Part shown: in pieces, positions 42,393 through 51,973 of the stretch | Numbering within the stretch: the first letter of the stretch is position 1 | Layout of the letters: each line of letters starts with the position of its first letter | Virus record (IMG/VR): IMGVR_UViG_3300047444_000783 | Coordinates: 1-64,000 of that record | Strand: one strand, 5' to 3' | From: a virus | DNA: 64,000 bases | Program-made: the position numbers and the translations under genes | The notes under the pieces: model-generated | The model's database searches: none | Seen by the model: the letters and a program-made list of their open reading frames with translations, nothing else | Told to the model about the DNA's origin: nothing

Positions 42393-42962
42393 TTACAGAC
42401 CCTCCGCCTCGAGGCGTGCTTCGAACTGGCCGCGAGTGAGCGTGCAGATCTTTGCTGCTACGGTCTCGCCATCATAACTGACGAACCCCGGTATCTCCGC
42501 CAGATAGTTGAACCCCAAGCGCTTGCAATACCGAATGGCCAGCCGGTTGACGCTCGGCGTAATCCCGTAGATCATCGTCATCTCGACGAGCGCGAACCAC
42601 TGGGAGAGGCAGATGTCGCCGAAGACCTTCGTCAGCGGCGCGCTCCAATAGTCCCGGAAAAAGCAGAAAGACCCGATCCCTTTCCGGAGCGTGTCGCAGT
42701 CTTCGATGTTCGTCAGCCAGGCTAGCCCGACATACCGGCCGTTCGTCTGGTCGAGAAAGATACTGGTCACCGCGTCGTGCTCGGCGAAGTGGACGAACTC
42801 ATCTTCGGTAACCTGCTTGTTATGGAACAGCATGCGGTCCAACTGCTCGGCGCACAGGCGCCGATAGATCAGCCGGAGGACGTCTTTGGGCAGGTTGTCC
42901 TTCTCCCGGTAGTACGGGATGACGGCCGGAACGAACTGGGTGGGCCTCAGTACTGTACTCAT
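42393..42962 (-). CDS. GNAT-family acetyltransferase-like protein
   Basis: YVGLAWL, YGITPSVNRLAIRYCKRLGF; ATG at 42962. Confidence 0.7.
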   Translation of the reverse strand: MSTVLRPTQFVPAVIPYYREKDNLPKDVLRLIYRRLCAEQLDRMLFHNKQVTEDEFVHFAEHDAVTSIFLDQTNGRYVGLAWLTNIEDCDTLRKGIGSFCFFRDYWSAPLTKVFGDICLSQWFALVEMTMIYGITPSVNRLAIRYCKRLGFNYLAEIPGFVSYDGETVAAKICTLTRGQFEARLEAEGL

Positions 42963-43029
42963 TGCGTTTATTATCCGATGGCTGGCAAGCGGTTGACGGT
43001 ACCCATAGGATAAGACAGAGGAGATTATT

Positions 43030-43356
43030 ATGCCTGTCGTCCCCGGAGCGACCGTCACAGCCACGGTCTCGAATACCGCGTACCCGTTGATCGCCGCTGG
43101 TACCCATAAGCTGGTCAAGACGCTGTATATCCAGCCCAAGTACAACAACACGGGCGTCGGATTCGTCGGAGACTCGACGCTCAACCCGTCGTCCGATACG
43201 GGAATCGATAAGCAGTTCGCGATTCCGGCCGCCAACGCCCTGCAGGACTATCAGATCACGGAGGCCGAAGCGCCGAACGGCATCGACCTTGGGAACTTCT
43301 ATGTCGCCTCGACCGTCGGTGGAGACAAGTTCTACTGGTCGTACGACGAGCGTTAA
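43030..43356 (+). CDS. small beta-rich protein (possible virion decoration), inverted relative to the late genes
   Basis: GAGGAG SD; TLYIQP..NNTGVGFVGDS; fills the gap in minus-strand coding. Confidence 0.7.
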   Translation: MPVVPGATVTATVSNTAYPLIAAGTHKLVKTLYIQPKYNNTGVGFVGDSTLNPSSDTGIDKQFAIPAANALQDYQITEAEAPNGIDLGNFYVASTVGGDKFYWSYDER

Positions 43357-44522
43357 GTCGGGGCCGAGTATCCGATAATCAATCCCTGGTTGTTGAACGA
43401 GATCGATCCTGGAGACCCACCGCCGGTGAGCGCTGCAAGTCCGAGCGTCGTACCCGTGATCGTCGGGAAAGCGACGCCGGAGTCCAGGAGAAGCGCGCCG
43501 CCGCCGCCTACCGCTATATTGCCGAATCCAATCGCCCCGCTCTCGTACGGGATGTTGCCATCCGCATCGGGGAACGTGTAAGAACGGTCTGCCGAATTCG
43601 AATGGAAGAGTTGGCCGGAAAACGATCCGCCGGAAAACCAGAAGAGCGTCCCTTGCAATAGCGCGACCGCCTTATTGAACTCGAAGCACGAGACCGCGGA
43701 CGCGCCGCTCCGCATCAACAAGAATCTGAAGCGCGACCCCTCATTGCCGCCCGTCGGCACATCCCACAGAACGTCCATCGCGCCCGCGTCTTTGACCTGG
43801 CCCGCCGAGTTATGTAGCTGGAAGTTCTCGCGGACCGCGAAGTTTGTGGCGGCAGCCGCACTCGTCAGGTGAACGAGGTTCAAGGCCGTCGTCGGCGTAT
43901 TCGTTGCCGAGTCCGATACGCTCTGGATCGCCCCACCGACCGTTATCCAACTCGTTCCAGTCCACAGGTATTCCGTCTGTATCAGATTATCGGTCTGGAA
44001 GAACTTAAACCCCGAATCGTCCACGCCAAGATCGGCCGGTCGGTTGGCGATCGCGTCAATCATCTGGCCGGAATGGTATTTCCAGATCTGGATGTTCGAC
44101 GCGTTCAACTCATTGATATACGTGACGGTCCGATCGAGTTCCCAGAGTGCTGAACCAACACCATAACTACCGGCGTCCGGACGGTCCGCGTGATCCGACT
44201 CGAGGAATACCGGGCTGCCCTGGCCGAGCAATGGAGACAGGAGCGGAGCCGTACCGCCGATCAGTAGCTGCTGCTGGATGGCCGGAGGGCTAAAGTTAGC
44301 GTTCGCGTACTCGAGAGTCACGAGGTCGGCCGGATCCTTCGGGTCGGCCGCCCCGACAGCGCGGTGACCGTTCAGGTTCAGGTCGTTGCCGAGCGGGACA
44401 TTCCCGCGTCGACCGCTGAGCGCGTCCACCTGATCGTAGAGATAGCGGAGCGCCCGGTTGAGATCATCCCAGTCGTCGTTGCGAACCTGAATGTATAGAC
44501 CGGTCCCTTCGTTCTTGCTCAT
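43353..44522 (-). CDS. putative tail fibre/tail appendage protein
   Basis: DLNLNGHR...AADP..P.D.VTL.Y fibre motif; position. Confidence 0.6.
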   Translation of the reverse strand: MSKNEGTGLYIQVRNDDWDDLNRALRYLYDQVDALSGRRGNVPLGNDLNLNGHRAVGAADPKDPADLVTLEYANANFSPPAIQQQLLIGGTAPLLSPLLGQGSPVFLESDHADRPDAGSYGVGSALWELDRTVTYINELNASNIQIWKYHSGQMIDAIANRPADLGVDDSGFKFFQTDNLIQTEYLWTGTSWITVGGAIQSVSDSATNTPTTALNLVHLTSAAAATNFAVRENFQLHNSAGQVKDAGAMDVLWDVPTGGNEGSRFRFLLMRSGASAVSCFEFNKAVALLQGTLFWFSGGSFSGQLFHSNSADRSYTFPDADGNIPYESGAIGFGNIAVGGGGALLLDSGVAFPTITGTTLGLAALTGGGSPGSISFNNQGLIIGYSAPT

Positions 44523-46186
44523 TGAAACAATGGAAGCCAGTAGGTTGCCCCGTTTAGCGACAATTCGAGATATTTCACAACTACCTGCGCTGTCGCTGGC
44601 CCGCTCCCGCCGCCTTTCGTTGTCGTCGTGACCGGCGTGCCTGCCGATCCAGCGCCAACGCCTTCGGTCGTACCGATGCCGACGTAGCCACTGAGCGGGG
44701 TCGGGGTATTGCCGGCGGCCTGGATTCCGTTTATGACGCTCAACAACCCACCGTTCGTCAGGTTAAGTCTGTCCGCACCGGACGGGACTCCGGAGGCTGT
44801 TACGCGGAGCGCGAAACTGGCGTCGCCTTTTTCCGTCAGCAGCCACCCGTTGGTTGTTTCTCCAAGGAAGATGCCTTCCGCTCCCGTCGCCCCCGATCGG
44901 ACATCCAATATTCCGTAGGCGCCGGACACCAGATTAAGGCCAAGGCGCGTCCCCGTATAGATGCCGCCATCTGAGGTCTGGACCTTATTGCCGAATTGGC
45001 TAGTCCTCGTTCCACCATCGGTTATCTGGTCGGAACTGTTGCTCAGTACGAGGTTGAATGACACCTGTGTGTCCAACGCGCCGGCCGTGACGACAAGGCC
45101 GTGCACATTGCCGGTGCAGGTATTGTTTCTGAACTGGTTCTGGCTGAAAGTCGCGACCGACCCGTCTCCGAGAACGCCGTACCGCTGGTTGCCGATACAG
45201 ATGTTGTTGGCCACGAGATTGCCAAGGAGCGTCCCAACGTCTGAACCGTCGAGCGTGATGCCATCGCCGTTCCCGCCAGATCCGGTGTTGGCAATGCTTT
45301 GGTTGTTTACGATAAGGTTGTAGTTCGTGGCCTGAGATGTCGTCGGTTTGACGATGATCCCCTGCCCGAAATTCGCCGAAACGATGTTATTGGAAACCGT
45401 GTTGTCGTTTGCGTCCGCTCCCGGAACGGCCGCGATCAGGATTCCCCAGCAGTCGGTTGAGCCGGCATGGCGCGCGCCATTCGACCGCACCTGGTTCGCG
45501 TTGATCAGGTTGCGCGAACCGTTGACGTCGATTCCATTGGATCCGTTTCCGTAGACTTCATTGGCTTCGACAATGCAGTCCGTGCTTCCGATGCCAAGGA
45601 AAATTCCGTCTTCCTTGTTATTTCTGATCCTACAGCCGCGGATGATCCAGCGGGCAGCAAACCCGCCAGTATTGATGCCCGCCTCACCCCAGTTTTCGAC
45701 TACGAGGTTTTCGAGTGTGACGTCGGAGACGCTACCTGAGTTGATCCCGGAATACCCGATACTCGAGGCGTTCGGTCCGCGGATTGTCAGGTCCGAGACG
45801 TGTGTCAACGCGTCGGCGATGTTGAGGCCAATGACCCCCAGGTTGGGGAAGCTGAGAATCGTTGCGCCCGGACCGCTGCCAATTATCTTGAGTGGCCGAC
45901 CGTTCGTCGTTAGCCCGGTCAGACACTTATAGGTACCGGCCGGAAGAATGAGCGTGCCGGCCGTGCTTATCTGGTTGATGGCCGCCTGAATGGCCGTCGT
46001 CGAGTCCGAAGTTCCGGATATGTCGGCGCCGAAATCGACAGCGTTAAAGATCTCCTGACCGAGCAGCGAGTGGATGCCGATCTTATCCAGCGCGGCCGAT
46101 GACCCGTCCGCAAGGATAACCGTGTCCTGGCCAAACCCAAGCTGCAGGTCCTGCTTATACGATGGTCCAAAGATAAAACTTTCCAT
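44519..46186 (-). CDS. tailspike 1, right-handed beta-helix (pectate lyase 3-like)
   Basis: NAVDFGAD.SG..DSTTAIQAAI, LPAGTY, Asn/Gly ladder repeats. Confidence 0.85.
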   Translation of the reverse strand: MESFIFGPSYKQDLQLGFGQDTVILADGSSAALDKIGIHSLLGQEIFNAVDFGADISGTSDSTTAIQAAINQISTAGTLILPAGTYKCLTGLTTNGRPLKIIGSGPGATILSFPNLGVIGLNIADALTHVSDLTIRGPNASSIGYSGINSGSVSDVTLENLVVENWGEAGINTGGFAARWIIRGCRIRNNKEDGIFLGIGSTDCIVEANEVYGNGSNGIDVNGSRNLINANQVRSNGARHAGSTDCWGILIAAVPGADANDNTVSNNIVSANFGQGIIVKPTTSQATNYNLIVNNQSIANTGSGGNGDGITLDGSDVGTLLGNLVANNICIGNQRYGVLGDGSVATFSQNQFRNNTCTGNVHGLVVTAGALDTQVSFNLVLSNSSDQITDGGTRTSQFGNKVQTSDGGIYTGTRLGLNLVSGAYGILDVRSGATGAEGIFLGETTNGWLLTEKGDASFALRVTASGVPSGADRLNLTNGGLLSVINGIQAAGNTPTPLSGYVGIGTTEGVGAGSAGTPVTTTTKGGGSGPATAQVVVKYLELSLNGATYWLPLFQ

Positions 46187-49100
46187 CTATCGCTGCCTCG
46201 TTGCTGGCAAGTACTCCTGATCTGCCAATGGCGCGCGCTGGTAACCGCGCTCGCCCGCCATCGGATACCACTCGACGTCCGACTGATTCAAGAACACCTT
46301 GAACCCGCTCGTGCTCGTGATGACGAAACGGAAGGTCTTGCCCTTCAGCCCTGGCGGAAGAATCAACTCGTACTTGATCCAGCCGCTCGCCGACTGAATC
46401 AAGATGGGCGGGCTGGTGTACCGCAAGGATTCATCGACCGATATCTGAACGATGATCGTGCTCGGCGTCTGCGCGGCAATCCACAGCCGACGGATGTATT
46501 TCCAGCGCGTGTACCCGAAATCCAGATCGATCGTGTCGTACCGCGTCATCTGCAGCGGATCCGCCAGGAATTCGAACTGATGCGAGTAATAGCGGAACGG
46601 GCTGGCGCTCGAGAAGATCAGCCGCGTCAGTTTGCCGATTGTGTCGGCAAGCAGCGAGAACGGGACGATCTGTCGGCCGATCGTGGTTATCTGGAGCGTC
46701 TGGGTCGTCTGGTTATCGACCTGGACCTCAACGCTTGTCACATCCTGAGTGTCGATCTCGATCTGCAATTGCCGGAGTCGCTTGTCTCCTGCGTACCCGA
46801 GGTTGTCCCAGTCGGTCGGCAGCTTGGTGACCGGCGACCGGAGCGGGATGTAAAAGAAAGTGATTTTGTAGAACTTTACGGCCTGGCTGCCGTTCGTGCC
46901 CTGCACGCCAAGGCTGACGTTGCGGCACTGTGTGTCGTCCGACAGCGGGAAATAGACCGGGCCGCGCGCGCTGTTCGTCAGGCCGACGCTCTGGGCAGGT
47001 GCCTGGCCGTTATCGAAGCCGGCAAAGAATGGGATGGTCTGCCCCTGCAGGTCGCAGTCGATTACGATCTCGGTAATCTGCTTGGTCACGCTCTGCCCGC
47101 CGAAATCCAGATACGGGGTCGTGAAGCGGATGTTGATCGGAACCCCCTGATCGGTGTTCCCGTTGTTACGCTGATATACCAGACCGTCAGAACTCCCGCT
47201 GTAGAGTTGGCCGATGTCGTCCAAGCGCACATATGACGTGGCCGGCCGGTCCGTCGGTTCCCACCGGCTCAGGTCGAAGTCGAACGTGATCTCCTGGCGG
47301 ACGGTATTCTCGTCCGTGTAGGCGTACCAGATCTTCGAACCGTGGTACTCCATAGCCTCCGTGCCTTTATAGAACACGGCGATCGGCGCCATCGATCCGT
47401 CCGGACTGCCAAAGCCGACACCGTCGAATAGCGGCTGGATCGGCAGCGTCATTTTTTCCGAGAACCCGCTTCCGGGTAGCGCGTAGATTCCTCCGGCTGC
47501 CCGGTAATAGATACGGCCGCGACCGCGGCAGATCGCGTTGCCGAAGAGTCCGACCTCGCTGCCGGTCGGAATCAACTGGAACGAGTCCGGCGCCGATCCG
47601 ATCAGGCGGTCGACTGTCGCCTGGCTGAAGACAAATAACTGATCGTCAAGCCCGAACGGCCGGACAATCGGATCCCCGGAACGGGAGCGGGCCACGTAAT
47701 TATTAGCCAGAAAGATCTCGGGCGTAAATCGCTCGGAGTACCAAATGCGGTCCTTGTGGCGGCTGTCGTTCGACCATAGCCGGCCGTTAAAGACCTCCAT
47801 CGTCACCGGGTCAAACGCGTTCGCGCCGACCCGCGCTTCGGCCACGCGGACGACCGCCGAAAGAGTCGCCGAGACGCTCAGCCGGACGTAATAGGCGTCG
47901 ATGCCGTTAACGCTCGAGATCGCCCAGTCGCTCGGTATATCAAACTCGACCGTCCCGCTCAGCCCGAGCGTCGCCCCAATGTTATCGGTCCCATCGATCT
48001 GGTCCTGTACCGCATACCAGGACGAACCATTCCAGTATTGAACTGTTAATACACTTTGGTTCGTGTTCGCGCCGGCCATGATGACAAGGATCTGACGGAA
48101 TAGCTGGTCCGCTCCAATCACCAGCCAACCCCCGCCGCCGAGGTTCGGCAGACTCGAGAGGTCGGCGTATGTTGTCGTGTTATCGTCGCTGACGGCTGCC
48201 GTGACGTCCGTGTACGTGCCGCCAGAGTTGGCGGTCTTCTGGGCGCTCGTGCACGTCTGGCTTGCCAACTGCTCGAGGTTCGCCAGTTCGATCTGGGTTA
48301 GATCTGGAACGTTCCCCTGATTCTGATCGGCTGTGCTGTCCGTAATCGTCGTCGTGCCCGTCCAGGCCGCCACCACCTTCTCAGCCGCGAACGAGAATAC
48401 GCTTGTCAGACCGCCTTTCCGGTATAACTCGATGTGCGTTGCCTGCAGATCTCGCGGATTCCGCACGGTCACCGTCGCATTCGTCGCGTCGACCTCGACC
48501 TGCGAAGTCATGACCGGGCTGAAGGGGCTAGTCATGCCCGTCAGATTGTTCCGGTACCGGTAGATCCATTCGTAGTTATTCGCATTCAGCCCGTTACCGG
48601 ACTGCATGATCAGGTCGTCCATCCCCAGATTTACGGCCCCGCTGTCATTCGTCTGGATCTGAATCCGGATGCCTGCGACATTCGACCAGTTGGTTGTAGC
48701 GGTCCCCACGCGAACGAACTCCGATTTCCGGATGAAGATCTGCAGCCACTGCGACGTTCCGGTCGGCAAGTTGGCCGGCTGGAGTGTCGCAGCCAGCGCC
48801 TTGTTGGCCGCCGCTATCTGAGATGGATCAAGGGAATTATTGATCGCCAGTAATTGACTCTGCGACAGCTTCCCGTTCAGTTGTCCCGGGAATTGGAGTT
48901 GCAGCGCCGCCAGGCTGACCGTGCTGGAGAATGCCTGTGGCGCCGTCTGAATTCCTTGGGCCGCCGCGTTGGAGACATCGGCGACGATCGACTTCCAGTA
49001 ATAGTTATGCGCGAAATCATTGACCAGCGGGTCGACATCGAACATTAACCGGACTTCCGTTATGTTGGCTGCCACGTCAACCCGGAGCGCGATCGAGATG

Positions 49101-49771
49101 AAATCGTTATCGTCACTGTCGCCGGCGACCGTGAACTTCCCGAGATCGAACGGCGCGATCATCGTCATGTAGCCGGTTGTCGATTTGGCGACCGCGAGGC
49201 TGCCGGCATACGTTCCCTGGAACGGGTCGGTCGATGATGATGTTACCGTCGCAGCGAACGTCGGCCAGGCCGCCTGGATTGACGTGTTGTCCGGATATTC
49301 GAACAGATCGATCGTCTTGGAAGTGATGGCCGTCTCTACCGCGCTCGCCATCGCCATCGGCCCGGCGATCCCAAAGCCGGTGACATTCACCCCGTCATCT
49401 TTAACGCGCCGCAGCGAATCCCATACGATCTCGAACGGAGTGACCGACAGATCCGGGCCACCGTCACGCATCGTCAGCGGGTTACCCGAGAATCCGTGCT
49501 CGATCTCAACCCAGTTGCGGAAGAGTTTCGTGCCGGCCCCCTGGTAGGTATGAGGAGTTCCCTGGACGGTGATCCGGCCCAACGAATGGACGGGGCCGAT
49601 GTTCGTGCCATTGACCCGCGCGGTCCCCCCGCGACTCATCAGGAAGCCGCTCTTGTCGGCCGTCATGTTGAGCAGGTTCGGCAGGTAGCCGTCCGGCAAC
49701 ACGTCTCCCGGGCGACTGATCAGGAGTCCCTTGTTCTCGAGGTCCAGCGTAAATGATTGCGGTTCTGGCAT
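46187..49771 (-). CDS. putative tail nozzle/stabilisation protein (P22 gp10 / T7 gp12-like)
   Basis: 1194 aa, beta-rich; GRLW...RIWYS, DFG....K motifs; position. Confidence 0.6.
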   Translation of the reverse strand: MPEPQSFTLDLENKGLLISRPGDVLPDGYLPNLLNMTADKSGFLMSRGGTARVNGTNIGPVHSLGRITVQGTPHTYQGAGTKLFRNWVEIEHGFSGNPLTMRDGGPDLSVTPFEIVWDSLRRVKDDGVNVTGFGIAGPMAMASAVETAITSKTIDLFEYPDNTSIQAAWPTFAATVTSSSTDPFQGTYAGSLAVAKSTTGYMTMIAPFDLGKFTVAGDSDDNDFISIALRVDVAANITEVRLMFDVDPLVNDFAHNYYWKSIVADVSNAAAQGIQTAPQAFSSTVSLAALQLQFPGQLNGKLSQSQLLAINNSLDPSQIAAANKALAATLQPANLPTGTSQWLQIFIRKSEFVRVGTATTNWSNVAGIRIQIQTNDSGAVNLGMDDLIMQSGNGLNANNYEWIYRYRNNLTGMTSPFSPVMTSQVEVDATNATVTVRNPRDLQATHIELYRKGGLTSVFSFAAEKVVAAWTGTTTITDSTADQNQGNVPDLTQIELANLEQLASQTCTSAQKTANSGGTYTDVTAAVSDDNTTTYADLSSLPNLGGGGWLVIGADQLFRQILVIMAGANTNQSVLTVQYWNGSSWYAVQDQIDGTDNIGATLGLSGTVEFDIPSDWAISSVNGIDAYYVRLSVSATLSAVVRVAEARVGANAFDPVTMEVFNGRLWSNDSRHKDRIWYSERFTPEIFLANNYVARSRSGDPIVRPFGLDDQLFVFSQATVDRLIGSAPDSFQLIPTGSEVGLFGNAICRGRGRIYYRAAGGIYALPGSGFSEKMTLPIQPLFDGVGFGSPDGSMAPIAVFYKGTEAMEYHGSKIWYAYTDENTVRQEITFDFDLSRWEPTDRPATSYVRLDDIGQLYSGSSDGLVYQRNNGNTDQGVPINIRFTTPYLDFGGQSVTKQITEIVIDCDLQGQTIPFFAGFDNGQAPAQSVGLTNSARGPVYFPLSDDTQCRNVSLGVQGTNGSQAVKFYKITFFYIPLRSPVTKLPTDWDNLGYAGDKRLRQLQIEIDTQDVTSVEVQVDNQTTQTLQITTIGRQIVPFSLLADTIGKLTRLIFSSASPFRYYSHQFEFLADPLQMTRYDTIDLDFGYTRWKYIRRLWIAAQTPSTIIVQISVDESLRYTSPPILIQSASGWIKYELILPPGLKGKTFRFVITSTSGFKVFLNQSDVEWYPMAGERGYQRAPLADQEYLPATRQR

Positions 49772-49772
49772 A

Positions 49773-51554
49773 TTAAGTTGCGTAAATTCTCATGGCTACA
49801 ACTCGGTATACCCCGGTCGCCGGAGTTTGCGGGCTAGCGCTCGGATTTACCCAGGTAACATTGAGTATGTCGGTCCCGGCCCGGACTCCAGCAATGCCCA
49901 CGGCGCCAGCACTTCCCGGCGGCGTGTTGATTATTATCGTGTCGTCCGAACTAAGGCCTGGCACACTGTACGTCTGCTCCGCTACCTGAAAAGGACCTAC
50001 GGCGCTTGATATAAGAGTCGGGTTAAAGATTTGGACGTAGTTGATCTGCGCTGCAGTGACAGCGCCTTCCGAGCTGATCCATAGTGGTCCCCGTATCTTG
50101 GTAATGATATTGGCATTGTCGGCGATCTGAACTATGTCGTGGGCATCCGTACCGATGACCTTGTTTTGCAATGCACCGGTGCTGTCGCGCGCGCCCAGAT
50201 ATGTATTCTTTGGCAGCATCAACTGCTCGGTCAGAACCAACCCCTGCGGAATTCCAATCCCGACATTGTCGTTGAGATAGATGCCTCGCAGCGAACCAGG
50301 AGTGATATCCAGTGGCGTGTTGACGGTAAGCGCATTTATCCCGAGGAACACCTGGCCGTATCCAGCACCGATCCTGATACCGACAGTGCTGCCGCCGAGG
50401 CTGAACATCTGGTTGCCGTCGATCATCGCCTGATCGCCGTTTCCGTTGCCTTCAAGAAGGATGCCGATCGATGACGAACCAAGATTAAGCAGATTGCCGA
50501 TGATCTTCAGGTCGGACGTCCATTGCGCGGCAGCAGTAGCGAACCAGATGTGGGTGCCGTTGTACCCATGGACCGGGTCGCTCGTCATAAAGTTATTGGC
50601 GATAATGATCCCGCCGAGAGTCCCGGCCGTCCTGTTGAACTTAACGATCGCCGTCTTCTGCGCCTCGCAGAAGTTGTCGATAAAGGTAACCTGGCTGCTG
50701 TTTCCCGACGTGTTCCAATTAACGGCGAGCGCGATATCCCATGTCTGGAATTGGTTCGCCGTAACCTTTAAGCCGCCGCCGGCGATCAATTCGATCGCGT
50801 AATTACCTGTCAGGGCGACGTCTGACGAGAACCCGTTCCCGTGAATCAGATTGTTGCCTTCGTCTCCGCTCCCGGTGTTATTCAGCCGGACTCCACGGAA
50901 TCGCGAATTCTGGAACTGGTTGTTCAGGATTCGCATGCCGCTGACCTGCCCGGACTCGATAGCAACGTATTGGCTTTCAAACACGTTATGGGCAATCACG
51001 GACTGCTGATTAGTTCCGGTAATTGGCACTCCGTTGCCAGTCAGGGCGATCGCGGCGCCGGAACTCTGGTTGCCAGTGCTGTTAAAGATCGCATCGCGAA
51101 TCTGAAATGAACCCGTCGTCGCAACGCTGAATACGGTGGCCGTGCTTGTCGTCTGCCGAAAGACGCTGACGCCGCGACCGTCGCAGATAACATTCAGCGC
51201 GGCCTGAGCGTTGAACGCAGGCGATGCGCTGATCATGAACGTCGTAGCTCCGACGATCAGTACGACCGGGCGGTCGATCAGGGCCGTCGTCGTGAAAGCG
51301 TAGTTCCCGACCAGCCCCCGGCAGTCGACGACTCCGCCGGTCGATGGCAGCGCCTGGACAGCCGCCGAGATCTGGACTCCCGCCTCGGTACCCGTAAAGT
51401 CAGCCGCACTGACGTATGCCGGCCCGAGCAGCTTATGGATCCCAAACTTATTCAACGTCGAGACAGTCCCGTCCGCGATCGTCACCGGGGCACTTCCGAA
51501 CCCGATCGCTATATCCTCCGCGTAGGACTGTCCGAAGATGAAGGTCTCGCTCAT
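49773..51554 (-). CDS. tailspike 2, beta-helix
   Basis: shared N-terminal anchor; ALPSTGGVVD; I..N.F repeats. Confidence 0.8.
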   Translation of the reverse strand: MSETFIFGQSYAEDIAIGFGSAPVTIADGTVSTLNKFGIHKLLGPAYVSAADFTGTEAGVQISAAVQALPSTGGVVDCRGLVGNYAFTTTALIDRPVVLIVGATTFMISASPAFNAQAALNVICDGRGVSVFRQTTSTATVFSVATTGSFQIRDAIFNSTGNQSSGAAIALTGNGVPITGTNQQSVIAHNVFESQYVAIESGQVSGMRILNNQFQNSRFRGVRLNNTGSGDEGNNLIHGNGFSSDVALTGNYAIELIAGGGLKVTANQFQTWDIALAVNWNTSGNSSQVTFIDNFCEAQKTAIVKFNRTAGTLGGIIIANNFMTSDPVHGYNGTHIWFATAAAQWTSDLKIIGNLLNLGSSSIGILLEGNGNGDQAMIDGNQMFSLGGSTVGIRIGAGYGQVFLGINALTVNTPLDITPGSLRGIYLNDNVGIGIPQGLVLTEQLMLPKNTYLGARDSTGALQNKVIGTDAHDIVQIADNANIITKIRGPLWISSEGAVTAAQINYVQIFNPTLISSAVGPFQVAEQTYSVPGLSSDDTIIINTPPGSAGAVGIAGVRAGTDILNVTWVNPSASPQTPATGVYRVVAMRIYAT

Positions 51555-51973
51555 CCCATCCTTCTCATCGCTTGATTGGCTGGCTGCGTTTTCTGGATCT
51601 TCTCAAGCAGGTTTGCCGTCACCCGCTGCATGACCGCCAGATTCTCCCGGTCGCTGAAGTTGGAGTTCATGGTGATATTCATGCTCTCATCGACGTCCAG
51701 GGCGATCCGCCGGTCCTTGTTCCTGGATAGTCTGTTATGAATATCGAGTTGCAGGAGGTACAGCCAGGACATCGCCAGCGGCCAATTGGCCATCGGGTAG
51801 AACCAGAACAGCACGGCCGCCGCGATCGCTCCCCAGACGGACATGCAGCGTACGCACGTCCAGAGGTAGATGGGGAATCGCTCGCGCAGTCGCGCGGTAA
51901 GTCGGTCCATCGTGAACAACTCGGTAATCCGCCAGGCGGACAGAACAGCAAAGATAATGTGAACAATCTGCAT
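51551..51973 (-). CDS. DUF1360-like membrane protein
   Basis: LSAWRITEL...D, LWTCVRCMSVW. Confidence 0.7.
   Translation of the reverse strand: MQIVHIIFAVLSAWRITELFTMDRLTARLRERFPIYLWTCVRCMSVWGAIAAAVLFWFYPMANWPLAMSWLYLLQLDIHNRLSRNKDRRIALDVDESMNITMNSNFSDRENLAVMQRVTANLLEKIQKTQPANQAMRRMG

Noticed and set aside
42963-43235. N-terminal extension of the GNAT ORF to 43235
   Set aside because: It overlaps the SD-backed plus-strand gene 43030-43356; ATG at 42962 is preferred.
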